From a virus: DNA of 64,000 bases. The notes below the pieces were generated by a model. The model searched no databases, was not told where the DNA came from, and was given only the letters and a program-made list of their open reading frames with translations. A program made the translations under genes and the position numbers. Location: positions 96,001 through 160,000 of IMG/VR virus record IMGVR_UViG_3300027969_000043. One strand, given 5' to 3'. Each line of letters starts with the position of its first letter. Position 1 is the first letter of the stretch. Positions 30,251-40,235 of this stretch are shown in pieces.

Positions 30251-32296
30251 TTATTTGTTTAACATGTCATCAATATCGTTAATCATATTGTTAATACCCT
30301 CATTTATTTTTAAATTTTTATTGTAAATTTTGGTATTTTCTATTGGTTTAGGTTCGTTATCAACCATAGTGATTAACCTGTCAACAAATATAGATTTATA
30401 TTTTTCAGCCCTTTCGTTTAATTTATTTTGAATTTTTTTCTTTTCCTCAACTAATAAATTATCAATTCTTTTAATTTCTTCAGCGGTTGTTTCAGCTGCG
30501 GTCTCTTCAGCACCAGCAACTTCACCAGCAGCCGCTGCTTCACCACCAGCTTCAGTAGAAGCTGCCGCTTCTTCACCCTCAGCACCAGCTTCACCACCAC
30601 TAAAATCTAAATCAGTTTCAGTTGTACCACCACCACCAAATCCGCCACCTAATCCAGCTGTGCTACCACCGCCTCCACCTCCACCCGCAGGGGCTGCACC
30701 ACCATCAGCTGCCGCACCACCGCCACCTTCCATTGCAGCATTAATATCACCATAAATTCTATCAACAGTATCAAACATACCAGTATGCTTGATAACTTGT
30801 GCTGTATTTGCAATTTCTGCAGCTGCTGCTTTTTCCATTCTTTGCTCTAGAAGGTCTTGCTTGATATCGTCATCAGACCAACCAAGAATTTCTCTCTTAG
30901 CTCTTGTCATTGACATAGCACCAAAACCATTACCAGCATCAGAAACAGCATCTTTGTACAACGTAACTTTTAATTGCGTATGTTCAACCTTAAGCATTTC
31001 GGCCTGTGTTGATGGGTTATTTAATGTTAATGTAAAATTATCCAAATCATCCTCAAAACCCAATACGTATAAGTGAATGATAACAATTTTATTTAATTCT
31101 TGTAACATTGCTTGCTGTATTCTATTAACGGTTCTAGAGAATCTGATATCCTGAAGCGCTAGGTTTTTACCCTCACCAGTTGTTTCATCAAAACCTAAAA
31201 ATGGTTTAGGAACTCTTAGTGCTGTAAATAATTTTTTCTGTAAGTATTCAATATCGGCTATCTGGTCTAGATTAGCAGCACCAGGCAACGTATCAATCGG
31301 ATTTGGTGCGTCCTCGGTTCTTACTGGAATGAAGTAATCTTGGTCGTTTGATAATTGATTGTATCTTAAATCAATTTGACCTGTTGCGGGGTCAACAATA
31401 GGTGCTCTTTTAAATCTATTGGCAATTTCATTTACGTATGCTTCAACATCCTTATCATCAATATTACCAACATAAATTTTATATATCCTTCTTTCTGGTG
31501 CTCTAGTAACACGATATACCAACATAGCATCTTCAGAAAGAATTAGTTGTTTCCAAATTCTTCTAGCCTTTTCCAAAACAGATGTACCGTATGGTAATCT
31601 TCTATCATCACCTAACAATCTAAAGTGCGCCATTTGCCAAGAATTAAACTCAACGTCACGACCTCTCCAGTAAAATTTAACCTTGTCTGATATATAATTT
31701 TCATCTGTTTTTTGTGTTAGCATATCAAATAAGCCACCATCACGTCTTTCCATTTCATAGTTTGGCATTTGTTTAACACCAACAACACCATTCTCATCGT
31801 CAATGTTAAGGTACACAAAATTATCACCATATTTACAAGTATTTCTTGTCCACATTGGTAACGATGTATGTATATCAAGTCTATTAAACAATAAATCCTC
31901 AACTATACCCTTAACTCTTTTGCTTTCAGAATAAACATTAACCATTCTACCGCTAGAATTTAATGTTGTTGATTCCTCCATCATGATATCCAAAGCAGCA
32001 GCAATTTCTGGATAAAATTCCATTGCTTCAAAATCAGAATAAGAACCAATTCTAGTTGTTTCATAATTTACAGCTTGTTGAAATAACCCAGTCTCAACTT
32101 TTTTCCATACTTGTCCTAAGTATCTATTTTGTTGCGCTTGTAATTTTGCTGTTTCGTATTCTTGCTTATCTGTTGTCTTTAGTAAGACATCCTTATTAAT
32201 ATTAAACCTTTGAGGTGCAGGTTCATTAATTTTAAATCCTTCAGGTCCTAATATTTTGCCTAGTTTCTGAAATATGGTTAAATTATTTTTTGCCAT
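30251..32296 (-). CDS. gp20: portal protein, T4 gp20-like, with a C-terminal low-complexity extension
   Basis: PEIAAALD, YGTSVLE, EDAMLVYRVTRAPERRIYKIYVGN, DYFIP, IDTLPG, DIEYLQKKLFTALRVP. Confidence 0.93.
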   Translation of the reverse strand: MAKNNLTIFQKLGKILGPEGFKINEPAPQRFNINKDVLLKTTDKQEYETAKLQAQQNRYLGQVWKKVETGLFQQAVNYETTRIGSYSDFEAMEFYPEIAAALDIMMEESTTLNSSGRMVNVYSESKRVKGIVEDLLFNRLDIHTSLPMWTRNTCKYGDNFVYLNIDDENGVVGVKQMPNYEMERRDGGLFDMLTQKTDENYISDKVKFYWRGRDVEFNSWQMAHFRLLGDDRRLPYGTSVLEKARRIWKQLILSEDAMLVYRVTRAPERRIYKIYVGNIDDKDVEAYVNEIANRFKRAPIVDPATGQIDLRYNQLSNDQDYFIPVRTEDAPNPIDTLPGAANLDQIADIEYLQKKLFTALRVPKPFLGFDETTGEGKNLALQDIRFSRTVNRIQQAMLQELNKIVIIHLYVLGFEDDLDNFTLTLNNPSTQAEMLKVEHTQLKVTLYKDAVSDAGNGFGAMSMTRAKREILGWSDDDIKQDLLEQRMEKAAAAEIANTAQVIKHTGMFDTVDRIYGDINAAMEGGGGAAADGGAAPAGGGGGGGSTAGLGGGFGGGGTTETDLDFSGGEAGAEGEEAAASTEAGGEAAAAGEVAGAEETAAETTAEEIKRIDNLLVEEKKKIQNKLNERAEKYKSIFVDRLITMVDNEPKPIENTKIYNKNLKINEGINNMINDIDDMLNK

Positions 32297-32338
32297 TTTT
32301 TTTATTTAATTATAACGATTTTTTAATTTAAATCAAGT

Positions 32339-32584
32339 TTATTTTACATAATCACATTCTACATATGCCAATCTTTGTTGTTCACCATTAAATACTGATA
32401 TGTCATAAACATAAGTACAAATCCAATCTTGACCTTGTGAGCCTGGTAAAGCGTCACAATATGATTTTTTATCACCCGTATTTTTTCCTTTGCTATATGT
32501 TGGGGTTTGGGGTGTCCAAGTATATAAATAATTGCCATAAGTTTTTATGGCGTATTTACCTCTAGATTCTGGTTTAGTACTCAT
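32339..32584 (-). CDS. small hypothetical protein
   Basis: 81-aa ORF between terminase and portal. Confidence 0.55.
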   Translation of the reverse strand: MSTKPESRGKYAIKTYGNYLYTWTPQTPTYSKGKNTGDKKSYCDALPGSQGQDWICTYVYDISVFNGEQQRLAYVECDYVK

Positions 32585-32595
32585 ATTATATTTTT

Positions 32596-34377
32596 TTATT
32601 TTGAACCGCTAAATAACCACATATACTGACCTTTTGGGTCCTGCATATTTTTAGCAACAACTGGGCTAAAATTTGGTTTCGGTGCGGCTGTTTTATGTCT
32701 ATTTTCTTTCGATACAAACCCATTACCTCTCTGCGCATCAGTATCAACTTGGGTTGTACTTGCTACCCAACTATTTAACATAGCTTTAGTTTGTTTTTCT
32801 AACTTCTCAAGATTTTTAAATGAATGCTCTATAACCCATAAACACATTGCCATTGACATAATTAAATCATCATGATACCCGTCCATATGGTCAGCGCGGC
32901 CATTTTTATAAATAAACGTTTTCATTTCTGAAATCATTCTAGCCGACCTTATCTTAACAATGTTGTTTCTAATCTTTTCTTCAAAGTTTGAAACCATTTG
33001 TGTTCGGATTGAACTTACCTGAAGGCCAGGCACCTTGTTATCTTTTTTATAAGCATCCATTTGTCTTTGCTTGGTTGACAATATTTTACCGTTAGGTGTA
33101 TCATAATGCAAACGTTTGTAATCAAATTCCAATAATTTTAACACCGTTGAAACACCCATACCACCAGTTATATCGACAACCGTATATGCTTTGTATAGCT
33201 CGCCATACTCCTCAACCAATTGAGCTAATAAATCTGGCTGTATTTTACCCTGATATTCCATAACTTGCTCCATTGTTGTAAAATCCAACATAACTATTGT
33301 GGACGAATCCTCGCTATCACCTCTAGATACATCGACACCCATTATATATTGGTGCCCTTCCTCAGGTTGTTTCCAAATCCAAACTTCATTTTCAGCCCCA
33401 CTAACAAATTCTGGTTCCATAACATTTAATCTATCCTGCTCTTGAATAATGTCCTCGCTGATAACGTTACCACCAGAACCAATAAATGATACGTCCAATT
33501 CCTGCGCTATCATTCTAGAATCATTATTCATACCCCTACACATTTCTTCATACCAAGATGACGTAGGTTTAAACCCCCCATCAATCATTCTAGTATATGA
33601 ATCAAAACAAAACTCAATCTCATCAAATATCTCATCACCCTTAACCCATTTAAGGTCTTTATTATACCTTAAATCTTCATACCATTTCATTTCAATGATA
33701 TTAAAGTTGTTCTTTTTTGCTTTTGATTGGGCGTATGTTTCATAATAAAGTTTATCCATACCATTTGGTGTTGATATAAGCGTGGCCTTACCACCAGTAC
33801 CAAGCGCTGTTAACGCAGCACCAAACACAATAGCACCATTATCAATATATGCGGCCTCATCCATAACAAGATATGTCGGCGTAAAACCTCTAAGGGCATC
33901 TTTTGAAGTTGCAACCGCTTTTACACGGCTACCGTTTGGTAATTTTATTTCTTTTTTGGAATCTGTAATGAAAATACTTTTTGATTCATTTTTGTGTGAA
34001 CCATAATACTCTGGGCCCCAAACCCATCTAGGTAATTGTGAAACAAAATCTTTAATTTTGGCCAAGAATTCAAAAGCCAATTCTTGCTTATTTGCGATGA
34101 TAAGAACCGCTTCTGGATTCTCTTCATCGGCAAAACCTACCTTAATTGATAGATAAGCTGCTGTTGTTGTAGATACACCCGCCTGTCTAGGTTTAGTTAT
34201 TAAATTAAACCTATGATGCTCATAAGCGTGGCAAATTTCTTTTTGTCTTGGGAATAGTTTAAATTGAACAAAGCCTTCTTGGGTTTTATCAAATGTTTCT
34301 AAATAAGTCTCAATAGCGTATATTGGGCTAGATAAACATTTTGCATACTCCTTCATTATTTCTTGTCTTGTCAACAT
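32596..34377 (-). CDS. gp17: terminase large subunit, T4 gp17-like
   Basis: KPRQAGVST, LVMDEAA, ISTPNG, QEL..SF.GSG, GVDVSRG, HDDLIMS. Confidence 0.93.
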   Translation of the reverse strand: MLTRQEIMKEYAKCLSSPIYAIETYLETFDKTQEGFVQFKLFPRQKEICHAYEHHRFNLITKPRQAGVSTTTAAYLSIKVGFADEENPEAVLIIANKQELAFEFLAKIKDFVSQLPRWVWGPEYYGSHKNESKSIFITDSKKEIKLPNGSRVKAVATSKDALRGFTPTYLVMDEAAYIDNGAIVFGAALTALGTGGKATLISTPNGMDKLYYETYAQSKAKKNNFNIIEMKWYEDLRYNKDLKWVKGDEIFDEIEFCFDSYTRMIDGGFKPTSSWYEEMCRGMNNDSRMIAQELDVSFIGSGGNVISEDIIQEQDRLNVMEPEFVSGAENEVWIWKQPEEGHQYIMGVDVSRGDSEDSSTIVMLDFTTMEQVMEYQGKIQPDLLAQLVEEYGELYKAYTVVDITGGMGVSTVLKLLEFDYKRLHYDTPNGKILSTKQRQMDAYKKDNKVPGLQVSSIRTQMVSNFEEKIRNNIVKIRSARMISEMKTFIYKNGRADHMDGYHDDLIMSMAMCLWVIEHSFKNLEKLEKQTKAMLNSWVASTTQVDTDAQRGNGFVSKENRHKTAAPKPNFSPVVAKNMQDPKGQYMWLFSGSK

Positions 34378-34390
34378 ATTCTTTTTACTA

Positions 34391-34398
34391 ATAAATAT
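34391..34398 (-). promoter_or_regulatory. candidate late promoter motif ATATTTAT
   Basis: 13 nt before the terminase ATG. Confidence 0.65.
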
Positions 34399-34423
34399 GC
34401 TAGTAGACGATTAAAACCGTATT

Positions 34424-35449
34424 TTAATGTTTTTTGAAATATTTAACCCATGCTTTTGTTGCAACCTCACCAGTCATGATAAGCCCTAATTTATTTAATT
34501 TTTGAAAATTAAATCTTCTAAACCTGTAAGCAAATTTCATTTTTTTTACGATATCATCACTTGATGTTTGGTTAGCTTTATAAAAACAACTTAACCAATT
34601 AATCTCATTAGAACCAACAATTGGTATATTATTAGAAACAAAATCAGCGGCAACAATATTAAATGTTTCGTTTAACGATACTTGTAATCCAATGTCCATT
34701 TTACGGATAACATCATTAAAATCTTCATGGCTATACCACGGATGTTCAACTAACGTATGAACTTCTTGGTTCTCAAATAACGCTCTAATATTTCTTAAAG
34801 CGCTATCACCCTTTTCAATCCTTTCACTGTTTATATGAAAGTGAACTGGTTTGGTAATTTTATTCCCAAAATCAATAGCGGACACTGCTTGTATTAGTTG
34901 ATTTTTCATTGGTCTTATCGCACCAAAACAACCTATATCAACATGATTCTTATCTTTAAAAATATTTTTGTCAGCCCCTACCACAGGATAATAGTTTGGT
35001 AAAAAAATCATATTTTTAACACCAGCTTTTTTCAAATCACCATACATTTTTTCAGTATTTGGGGCGATATGAATTTTGTTCCTCTTACCCATTTTATCAT
35101 ATATAAAAATCCATTCCATTGCCATACCCTCATTTGCTATGAACGGCATTTCGGAGTGTAATCTAATAATCCAATTTACTTTTGGATGTAATTTATGTAA
35201 CGCATCAAATTTTTCTGGTATCACCCAAAGAGCTTCGATAATAACATGTGTTGGTTTATATTTTGAAACTTCTCTATCAATACAATTGTTATCATCAACT
35301 TGTACTAAGTTAGATTCAATGCCATTACGATTAAGCATTTCGTTTACAAACGTTGCGCTATTAAAAAGACCTGAATGCAACGTTTTTGCTGTTGGCATGT
35401 TATACAGTCTTCTCTTTTTTAAAACAAATAAAATTTTTGGGGTTGTCAT
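34424..35449 (-). CDS. GT-B (GT4-like) glycosyltransferase inside the head module
   Basis: GCFGAIRPMKNQ, QVSLNETFNIVAADFVS..IPIVGS. Confidence 0.75.
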   Translation of the reverse strand: MTTPKILFVLKKRRLYNMPTAKTLHSGLFNSATFVNEMLNRNGIESNLVQVDDNNCIDREVSKYKPTHVIIEALWVIPEKFDALHKLHPKVNWIIRLHSEMPFIANEGMAMEWIFIYDKMGKRNKIHIAPNTEKMYGDLKKAGVKNMIFLPNYYPVVGADKNIFKDKNHVDIGCFGAIRPMKNQLIQAVSAIDFGNKITKPVHFHINSERIEKGDSALRNIRALFENQEVHTLVEHPWYSHEDFNDVIRKMDIGLQVSLNETFNIVAADFVSNNIPIVGSNEINWLSCFYKANQTSSDDIVKKMKFAYRFRRFNFQKLNKLGLIMTGEVATKAWVKYFKKH

Positions 35450-35522
35450 GTGAGGCTTTTTTAATAAATATAACTTACCCCCGCATTTTATAAACTATTT
35501 TTTAAAAAAAATGTAAAAAAAA

Positions 35523-35540
35523 ACACTCATTTTTGAGTGT
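35523..35540 (-). terminator. intrinsic terminator
   Basis: ACACTCA-TTTT-TGAGTGT, followed on the minus strand by a T-run. Confidence 0.7.
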
Positions 35541-35548
35541 CTTAATTT

Positions 35549-36757
35549 TTATAAAAATTCTTCAAAACCATCGTTGTTTTCTTCCCAATCATTACCCATA
35601 TTCAGTTCATTTATTGCTTGGTTAAACTCATCTTCTTGCAACCCTCTTTTAACACCATGTAATATTTCATCTATAACTTTTTGACCTCTCTTGGTACCTG
35701 CCATAATCTCTCTCATTTGATTATGAAATTCTTTTGCTGGCAATGATGCTAGTTCAGAATATACATGATGTTTTAAACCAAAATCATCAGCAGGTATTTT
35801 GTCTGTAAATTTACCCCAAACGGCTGGACCTAATCTCATGTCCCATGGTTCTGCTGCTAAGAAATCTGCTTTATTAACAACATAGTTTGCCATGCTTTTA
35901 TCTTTTGGTAAACCATGTGCTGAAAGCAATTCCATAACCCCCTTAACAATTTCATGGATTAACACAGGGAATACCATAGCCTGTGCATGTATTTTAGCTT
36001 TAGGATTTTCAGCTGTTGGAAATTCAACTCTAACAACACCACCATTAACTTGATTTTCCATTTTAGGTATAACATAATACATATAATCGGCTGCCGACAT
36101 CATCTTGTTATACTTATTTGGTAATTTAGGGTCCATATCAGTTAATTCGTCATCAGCCATATGAAACATGTGATTACATTTTTTAGCGGCACCCTGTGTC
36201 ATAGCGTTTAAAAATCTTCTTTTATAAACTTCATCAGTCGCATTAACCATATCATCATGAGACTCAAATTCCATACCTTCAACTGGCATTGGTTTTGCGT
36301 TTTTCTTGGTTCCTTCTATATTAATATTTGGTGTTAACTCAGCAATAATTTCAACCGCATCTTCACCCATATCATACTCTTGCCTAATCATCTTTATTGC
36401 CAAATCCTCAAGCTTTTTCTTATGCTTAGATTCTAATGCAATAGTTTCATAAACCATTGGCATCATTTCCATCATAACACTTTGATTGTCTATATTATCA
36501 ACATCAAATGCTCTTTTATAACGCTTACAAACTTCATTAAAACGCTCACCCATGATTTTTTGGGTAAATGAATGCTCGTCACCTTCAGGTATAGCTGGAT
36601 GTTTACCTATGGATGTTTTATCATTAGCCAATTCCTCTTCTAAACTCGGATGCATCCTTTCGGTTAACCCTTCTGGATACATAACAGCCTCGTTTAATAC
36701 TTTTTTTTCTTTTGACTTAGCCAAAGCTTTTTCTGCTAATTTTTTAAATTCGCTCAT
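35549..36757 (-). CDS. hypothetical head-associated protein with a degenerate HExxH-like motif
   Basis: Leader ...KKVLNE; IHEIVKG; AEPWDMRLGP. Confidence 0.6.
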   Translation of the reverse strand: MSEFKKLAEKALAKSKEKKVLNEAVMYPEGLTERMHPSLEEELANDKTSIGKHPAIPEGDEHSFTQKIMGERFNEVCKRYKRAFDVDNIDNQSVMMEMMPMVYETIALESKHKKKLEDLAIKMIRQEYDMGEDAVEIIAELTPNINIEGTKKNAKPMPVEGMEFESHDDMVNATDEVYKRRFLNAMTQGAAKKCNHMFHMADDELTDMDPKLPNKYNKMMSAADYMYYVIPKMENQVNGGVVRVEFPTAENPKAKIHAQAMVFPVLIHEIVKGVMELLSAHGLPKDKSMANYVVNKADFLAAEPWDMRLGPAVWGKFTDKIPADDFGLKHHVYSELASLPAKEFHNQMREIMAGTKRGQKVIDEILHGVKRGLQEDEFNQAINELNMGNDWEENNDGFEEFL

Positions 36758-36761
36758 AGTT

Positions 36762-37814
36762 TTATTTTATATCTTTTACTTTAATTATTCTTTTTTCTGT
36801 AACGGCTGCAGGTTCTTCAGCTGGTTTTCCTTGTGTTTGTTGTTGACTCTTTGCAATATCTTTAATACCAGTAATCAACGCTGACAATCCGTTTCTAGGT
36901 ACACCTATCAATTCGGCAAAAGCCGCAATAACTTCTCTTTGCGCAACTTTATTTGTTTTAATAGTATCAATTATGGTTGTAGGTATTCTTTTACCTATCA
37001 TCTTCATTAGTTTCTGAGCCTTAGCATTCATTTCTTCATCTGTCTCTTGACCTGTTGGTGTTACTTCATTAACAACACCCATACCTCTACCACTAGCACC
37101 AAATAAAGCTTCATCAACAAACTTTTTGAATTCTCTAATACCCATATATTTTTCATCTTCACCCATTTGAGCCTTAGCTAATTCTTCAATAGACTTAAAC
37201 TTTCTAGCTTTACCAGTTTTTTCGTTTACAATAAAGTGTTTATGGCCTGCAAAACTATTTTCTTTTTTTTCTTCTAACCCCATTAACGTTGCCATTTCAG
37301 GACCATCAGGTTCTACAACACCAGTTTCTTGAATTGCTTTTTTTGCTATATTTTCTTCAAAATGCTTAACATCATGTATGATATTATTACCCTCGTCATC
37401 AACTTCATCCATGCAATACACACCCATAACCTTTTGTCTATCGGGTGTCATTGCTCTAACCATTTGATATTTTTTATCAGCTATTGTGAACGGTTTAGAT
37501 ACTTCACCAGTTTCAAAGTCTTTAATTTCGGATAGATATTCTAATTTCATAGGTGTATTCATTTCAGATTCATTAACTATTTTAACGTCCATCTTATCTT
37601 GTTTTGCTTTTTCTATCGCTTTTTTTACTTTAGTCTTATTCATCTCAGCTCCACTAAAATAAAGAGTTCCCTCAGGACTTGGTTTTGCTGAAATTGATTT
37701 GCTAGGTGAACTAGTATCAGTTGTTGAGCTAGTATCATCCGTTGATGGCGAATCCCCAGTTCCGTCACTTCCCTTGGTTACATCTTCTTCTTTTATTTTA
37801 TTTTTGTTTTTCAT
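36762..37814 (-). CDS. hypothetical head-associated modular protein
   Basis: Multiple IKE/VNE/IQE/VTE sites separating segments; ATG at 37814. Confidence 0.6.
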   Translation of the reverse strand: MKNKNKIKEEDVTKGSDGTGDSPSTDDTSSTTDTSSPSKSISAKPSPEGTLYFSGAEMNKTKVKKAIEKAKQDKMDVKIVNESEMNTPMKLEYLSEIKDFETGEVSKPFTIADKKYQMVRAMTPDRQKVMGVYCMDEVDDEGNNIIHDVKHFEENIAKKAIQETGVVEPDGPEMATLMGLEEKKENSFAGHKHFIVNEKTGKARKFKSIEELAKAQMGEDEKYMGIREFKKFVDEALFGASGRGMGVVNEVTPTGQETDEEMNAKAQKLMKMIGKRIPTTIIDTIKTNKVAQREVIAAFAELIGVPRNGLSALITGIKDIAKSQQQTQGKPAEEPAAVTEKRIIKVKDIK

Positions 37815-38208
37815 ATTTGTCAAAATTTACCAATATTAAATCTTTTTCATAAAGCTTATCTTCAACTTCTTTTACTGATTCACCAAACTTAAAACACAAT
37901 CTGTGTTCTGGATACGAATCATAAGCGTTTACATTCTCCCAAGCCAACGCAATAACTCCGTCAACCGCGTCCCAAACAGCAAATGTATCACTATTTTGAA
38001 CAACATCCAATTTTAAATTAGAATCTAGTTTACCAACGTATTTTATAAATATTTCATGCGGCGGTTCAGGTCTTCCAGATGCGGGAAATGTATCCCACTC
38101 TTCACCATCAATACCACTTGTTGTATCGGAAAAAAGGAACTCATAGATATGGTTTCCTTTATAATTTTTCCCTACATGATTTACATATATTAAATACAAA
38201 TCTTTCAT
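37798..38208 (-). CDS. hypothetical protein
   Basis: 136-aa ORF; DAVDGVIALAWE; coupled start. Confidence 0.65.
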   Translation of the reverse strand: MKDLYLIYVNHVGKNYKGNHIYEFLFSDTTSGIDGEEWDTFPASGRPEPPHEIFIKYVGKLDSNLKLDVVQNSDTFAVWDAVDGVIALAWENVNAYDSYPEHRLCFKFGESVKEVEDKLYEKDLILVNFDKYEKQK

Positions 38209-40232
38209 TATACTTTAGCCTTAGGGTCTGTTTTGATTCCTGGGGCAACTTCTGGTAAAAATGGTTTATTTTTTCTACTTGGTTGCGCAGGTTTGTTTGG
38301 TTCAGTAGTTCTTGGTTTTGTTTCAGGTACCAATGGTTTTGTTGTTGGTTGTGTCATATTTTCATTTTTAACAAAGATACGACTATTTTCATCAAAACCA
38401 AAATTTTCTCCAACTATTTTAGAAACAGGTTTTTTAGACCACATTCTACAAGACCAATACTTAGGACTTGTTCTATCTTTAGCTTGAGCACATTTATGTC
38501 TAGCCCTAAATGATTTTCTTCTTTTTGGGTTATCACGCTTGATTTCCATATTCTTATCACCAAAGTTAACCTTTACAACTTTACCCTTTGCATTTTTAAC
38601 AAATACTTTGTATTTTTTAACATCACCTCTGGTTGGCTTACCCAATTGAACTTTTCTACCCTTATATTCGGCTTCATTCATAGGTACGTTATCAACACTA
38701 CCATACTCATCTTCATAACCACCTTCTGTTTCGCCGTCATAAGAATCTGGCTCATGCTCACCTAACGTCGCGCTTAAGAAATGATAAACCTCATCAATAT
38801 CATCCGCTGATGTAGCCAAATGGTCAGTAGCCCAATTATGACCATCTGATAATAATTGGTCAACAGCATGGGCATCCATTTGAAGAATTTCGTCAATTGC
38901 ATCTTTGATTGTTTTTAAGTTATTAAAGAACATATAGTTTTGGAATTCACCATGTCCTTCTTCTACCATTTCGTGTAATTTTTGTGTAATTAAGTTTTTC
39001 ATGTTTTCTTCTTTTAAGTCTTCAGTGTTAAAATATTTTTTTAAATCTATTTTATTATTTATAGCATCTTTTACCGTAATAGTTTCTGGCATCTCACCTT
39101 CTACCCATTTGGTATTAGGAACCGCTAATACTATATCTTCTAGTTTTATTATTTCAGCTTTTATTTCTGGTATACCACCAATTTTAAAAGCCCCTAATCT
39201 ATGGTTACCATCTATAACTAAATATTTTCCATTCATTAATGGATGTTCTAAAGCTATAATTGGTGGAAATGATTCAATACCTTTTTCTTTTGCTGATTTA
39301 ATTATTTTTTCAACATAATCTTTTTTTTCTGTATTGAAATAATTTAACCCTTTGTTTGGTTCATTTCCAAAACAATCACTAACGTTTAAAATTTTATTAT
39401 CGCCAGTTATATTGTCTTCATAATCAACACCTTGAAAATCTGGATAAACTATTACTTTGTTTTCAAAATTTTCATTTTCATTTTCATTAGTGCTCTTTTT
39501 ACCCCATTTTTTACCCTTGCCTCTTGTACCACAAGAAGCTGGTGTTGGTCTACAAGCTGGGTATTTTCTTTTTTCACCATCTTGTCTACCACATGGTTTA
39601 CATTTTTTCCTACCTGTTTTAGGGTTTTTTCTACATGTGTTGCAATCTACCCAACCACTACTTCCGCCACCACCTTTTCTAGCAAACCAACCATGCAAAC
39701 CCTGTGATTTTTCTTTTGAATAATCAGTTTTTTTAGCCTCATTCATGTGCTCATTACTAAATGATAATTTAAGATTATCATTAATATAAACATCAACTTC
39801 TCCCAATGCTTTGCCTGCTTGAATTAACCTTTTTTCGTTTTCATCATCGTATGAATGGTCAAAAAATCCAGAGCCGTGACCATTTCTAGTAAACCATATA
39901 TCATGACCTAATCTTTCCAACCCTTTTGTTTCTATCGCCTCTATTACGCTATCACCAGCCAAGTCTAAAAATTTTTTTATTTCGGTATATGCTTTTATTA
40001 GTGAATCTGGCTCAATATCCTCTCTGGTAAAATTTTCAAATGATTTTTTATTTAAATTAGCTGATAATTTAACTAATTTTTCTAATTCATCATCTTCGTC
40101 ATCATCTTCGTCATCTTCATCATAACCATATTCTGATTGATAGTCATCCTTCAATCGCTCTTCTTCAGTCCAAAGAGCGGCGTCGATGTAGCCTTTTAAT
40201 ATTTGATTAATATCGTTTGGTTTTAACGTCAT
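38208..40232 (-). CDS. modular polyprotein-like head protein containing a ParB/Srx-like domain and basic Cys-rich modules
   Basis: GHDIWFTRNGHGSGFFD module; WVDCN..KPCGR..YPACRP module; PPII..VIDGNHR; KVNFGD..RRKSFRARHKC..YWSC. Confidence 0.65.
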   Translation of the reverse strand: MTLKPNDINQILKGYIDAALWTEEERLKDDYQSEYGYDEDDEDDDEDDELEKLVKLSANLNKKSFENFTREDIEPDSLIKAYTEIKKFLDLAGDSVIEAIETKGLERLGHDIWFTRNGHGSGFFDHSYDDENEKRLIQAGKALGEVDVYINDNLKLSFSNEHMNEAKKTDYSKEKSQGLHGWFARKGGGGSSGWVDCNTCRKNPKTGRKKCKPCGRQDGEKRKYPACRPTPASCGTRGKGKKWGKKSTNENENENFENKVIVYPDFQGVDYEDNITGDNKILNVSDCFGNEPNKGLNYFNTEKKDYVEKIIKSAKEKGIESFPPIIALEHPLMNGKYLVIDGNHRLGAFKIGGIPEIKAEIIKLEDIVLAVPNTKWVEGEMPETITVKDAINNKIDLKKYFNTEDLKEENMKNLITQKLHEMVEEGHGEFQNYMFFNNLKTIKDAIDEILQMDAHAVDQLLSDGHNWATDHLATSADDIDEVYHFLSATLGEHEPDSYDGETEGGYEDEYGSVDNVPMNEAEYKGRKVQLGKPTRGDVKKYKVFVKNAKGKVVKVNFGDKNMEIKRDNPKRRKSFRARHKCAQAKDRTSPKYWSCRMWSKKPVSKIVGENFGFDENSRIFVKNENMTQPTTKPLVPETKPRTTEPNKPAQPSRKNKPFLPEVAPGIKTDPKAKV

Positions 40233-40235
40233 TAC

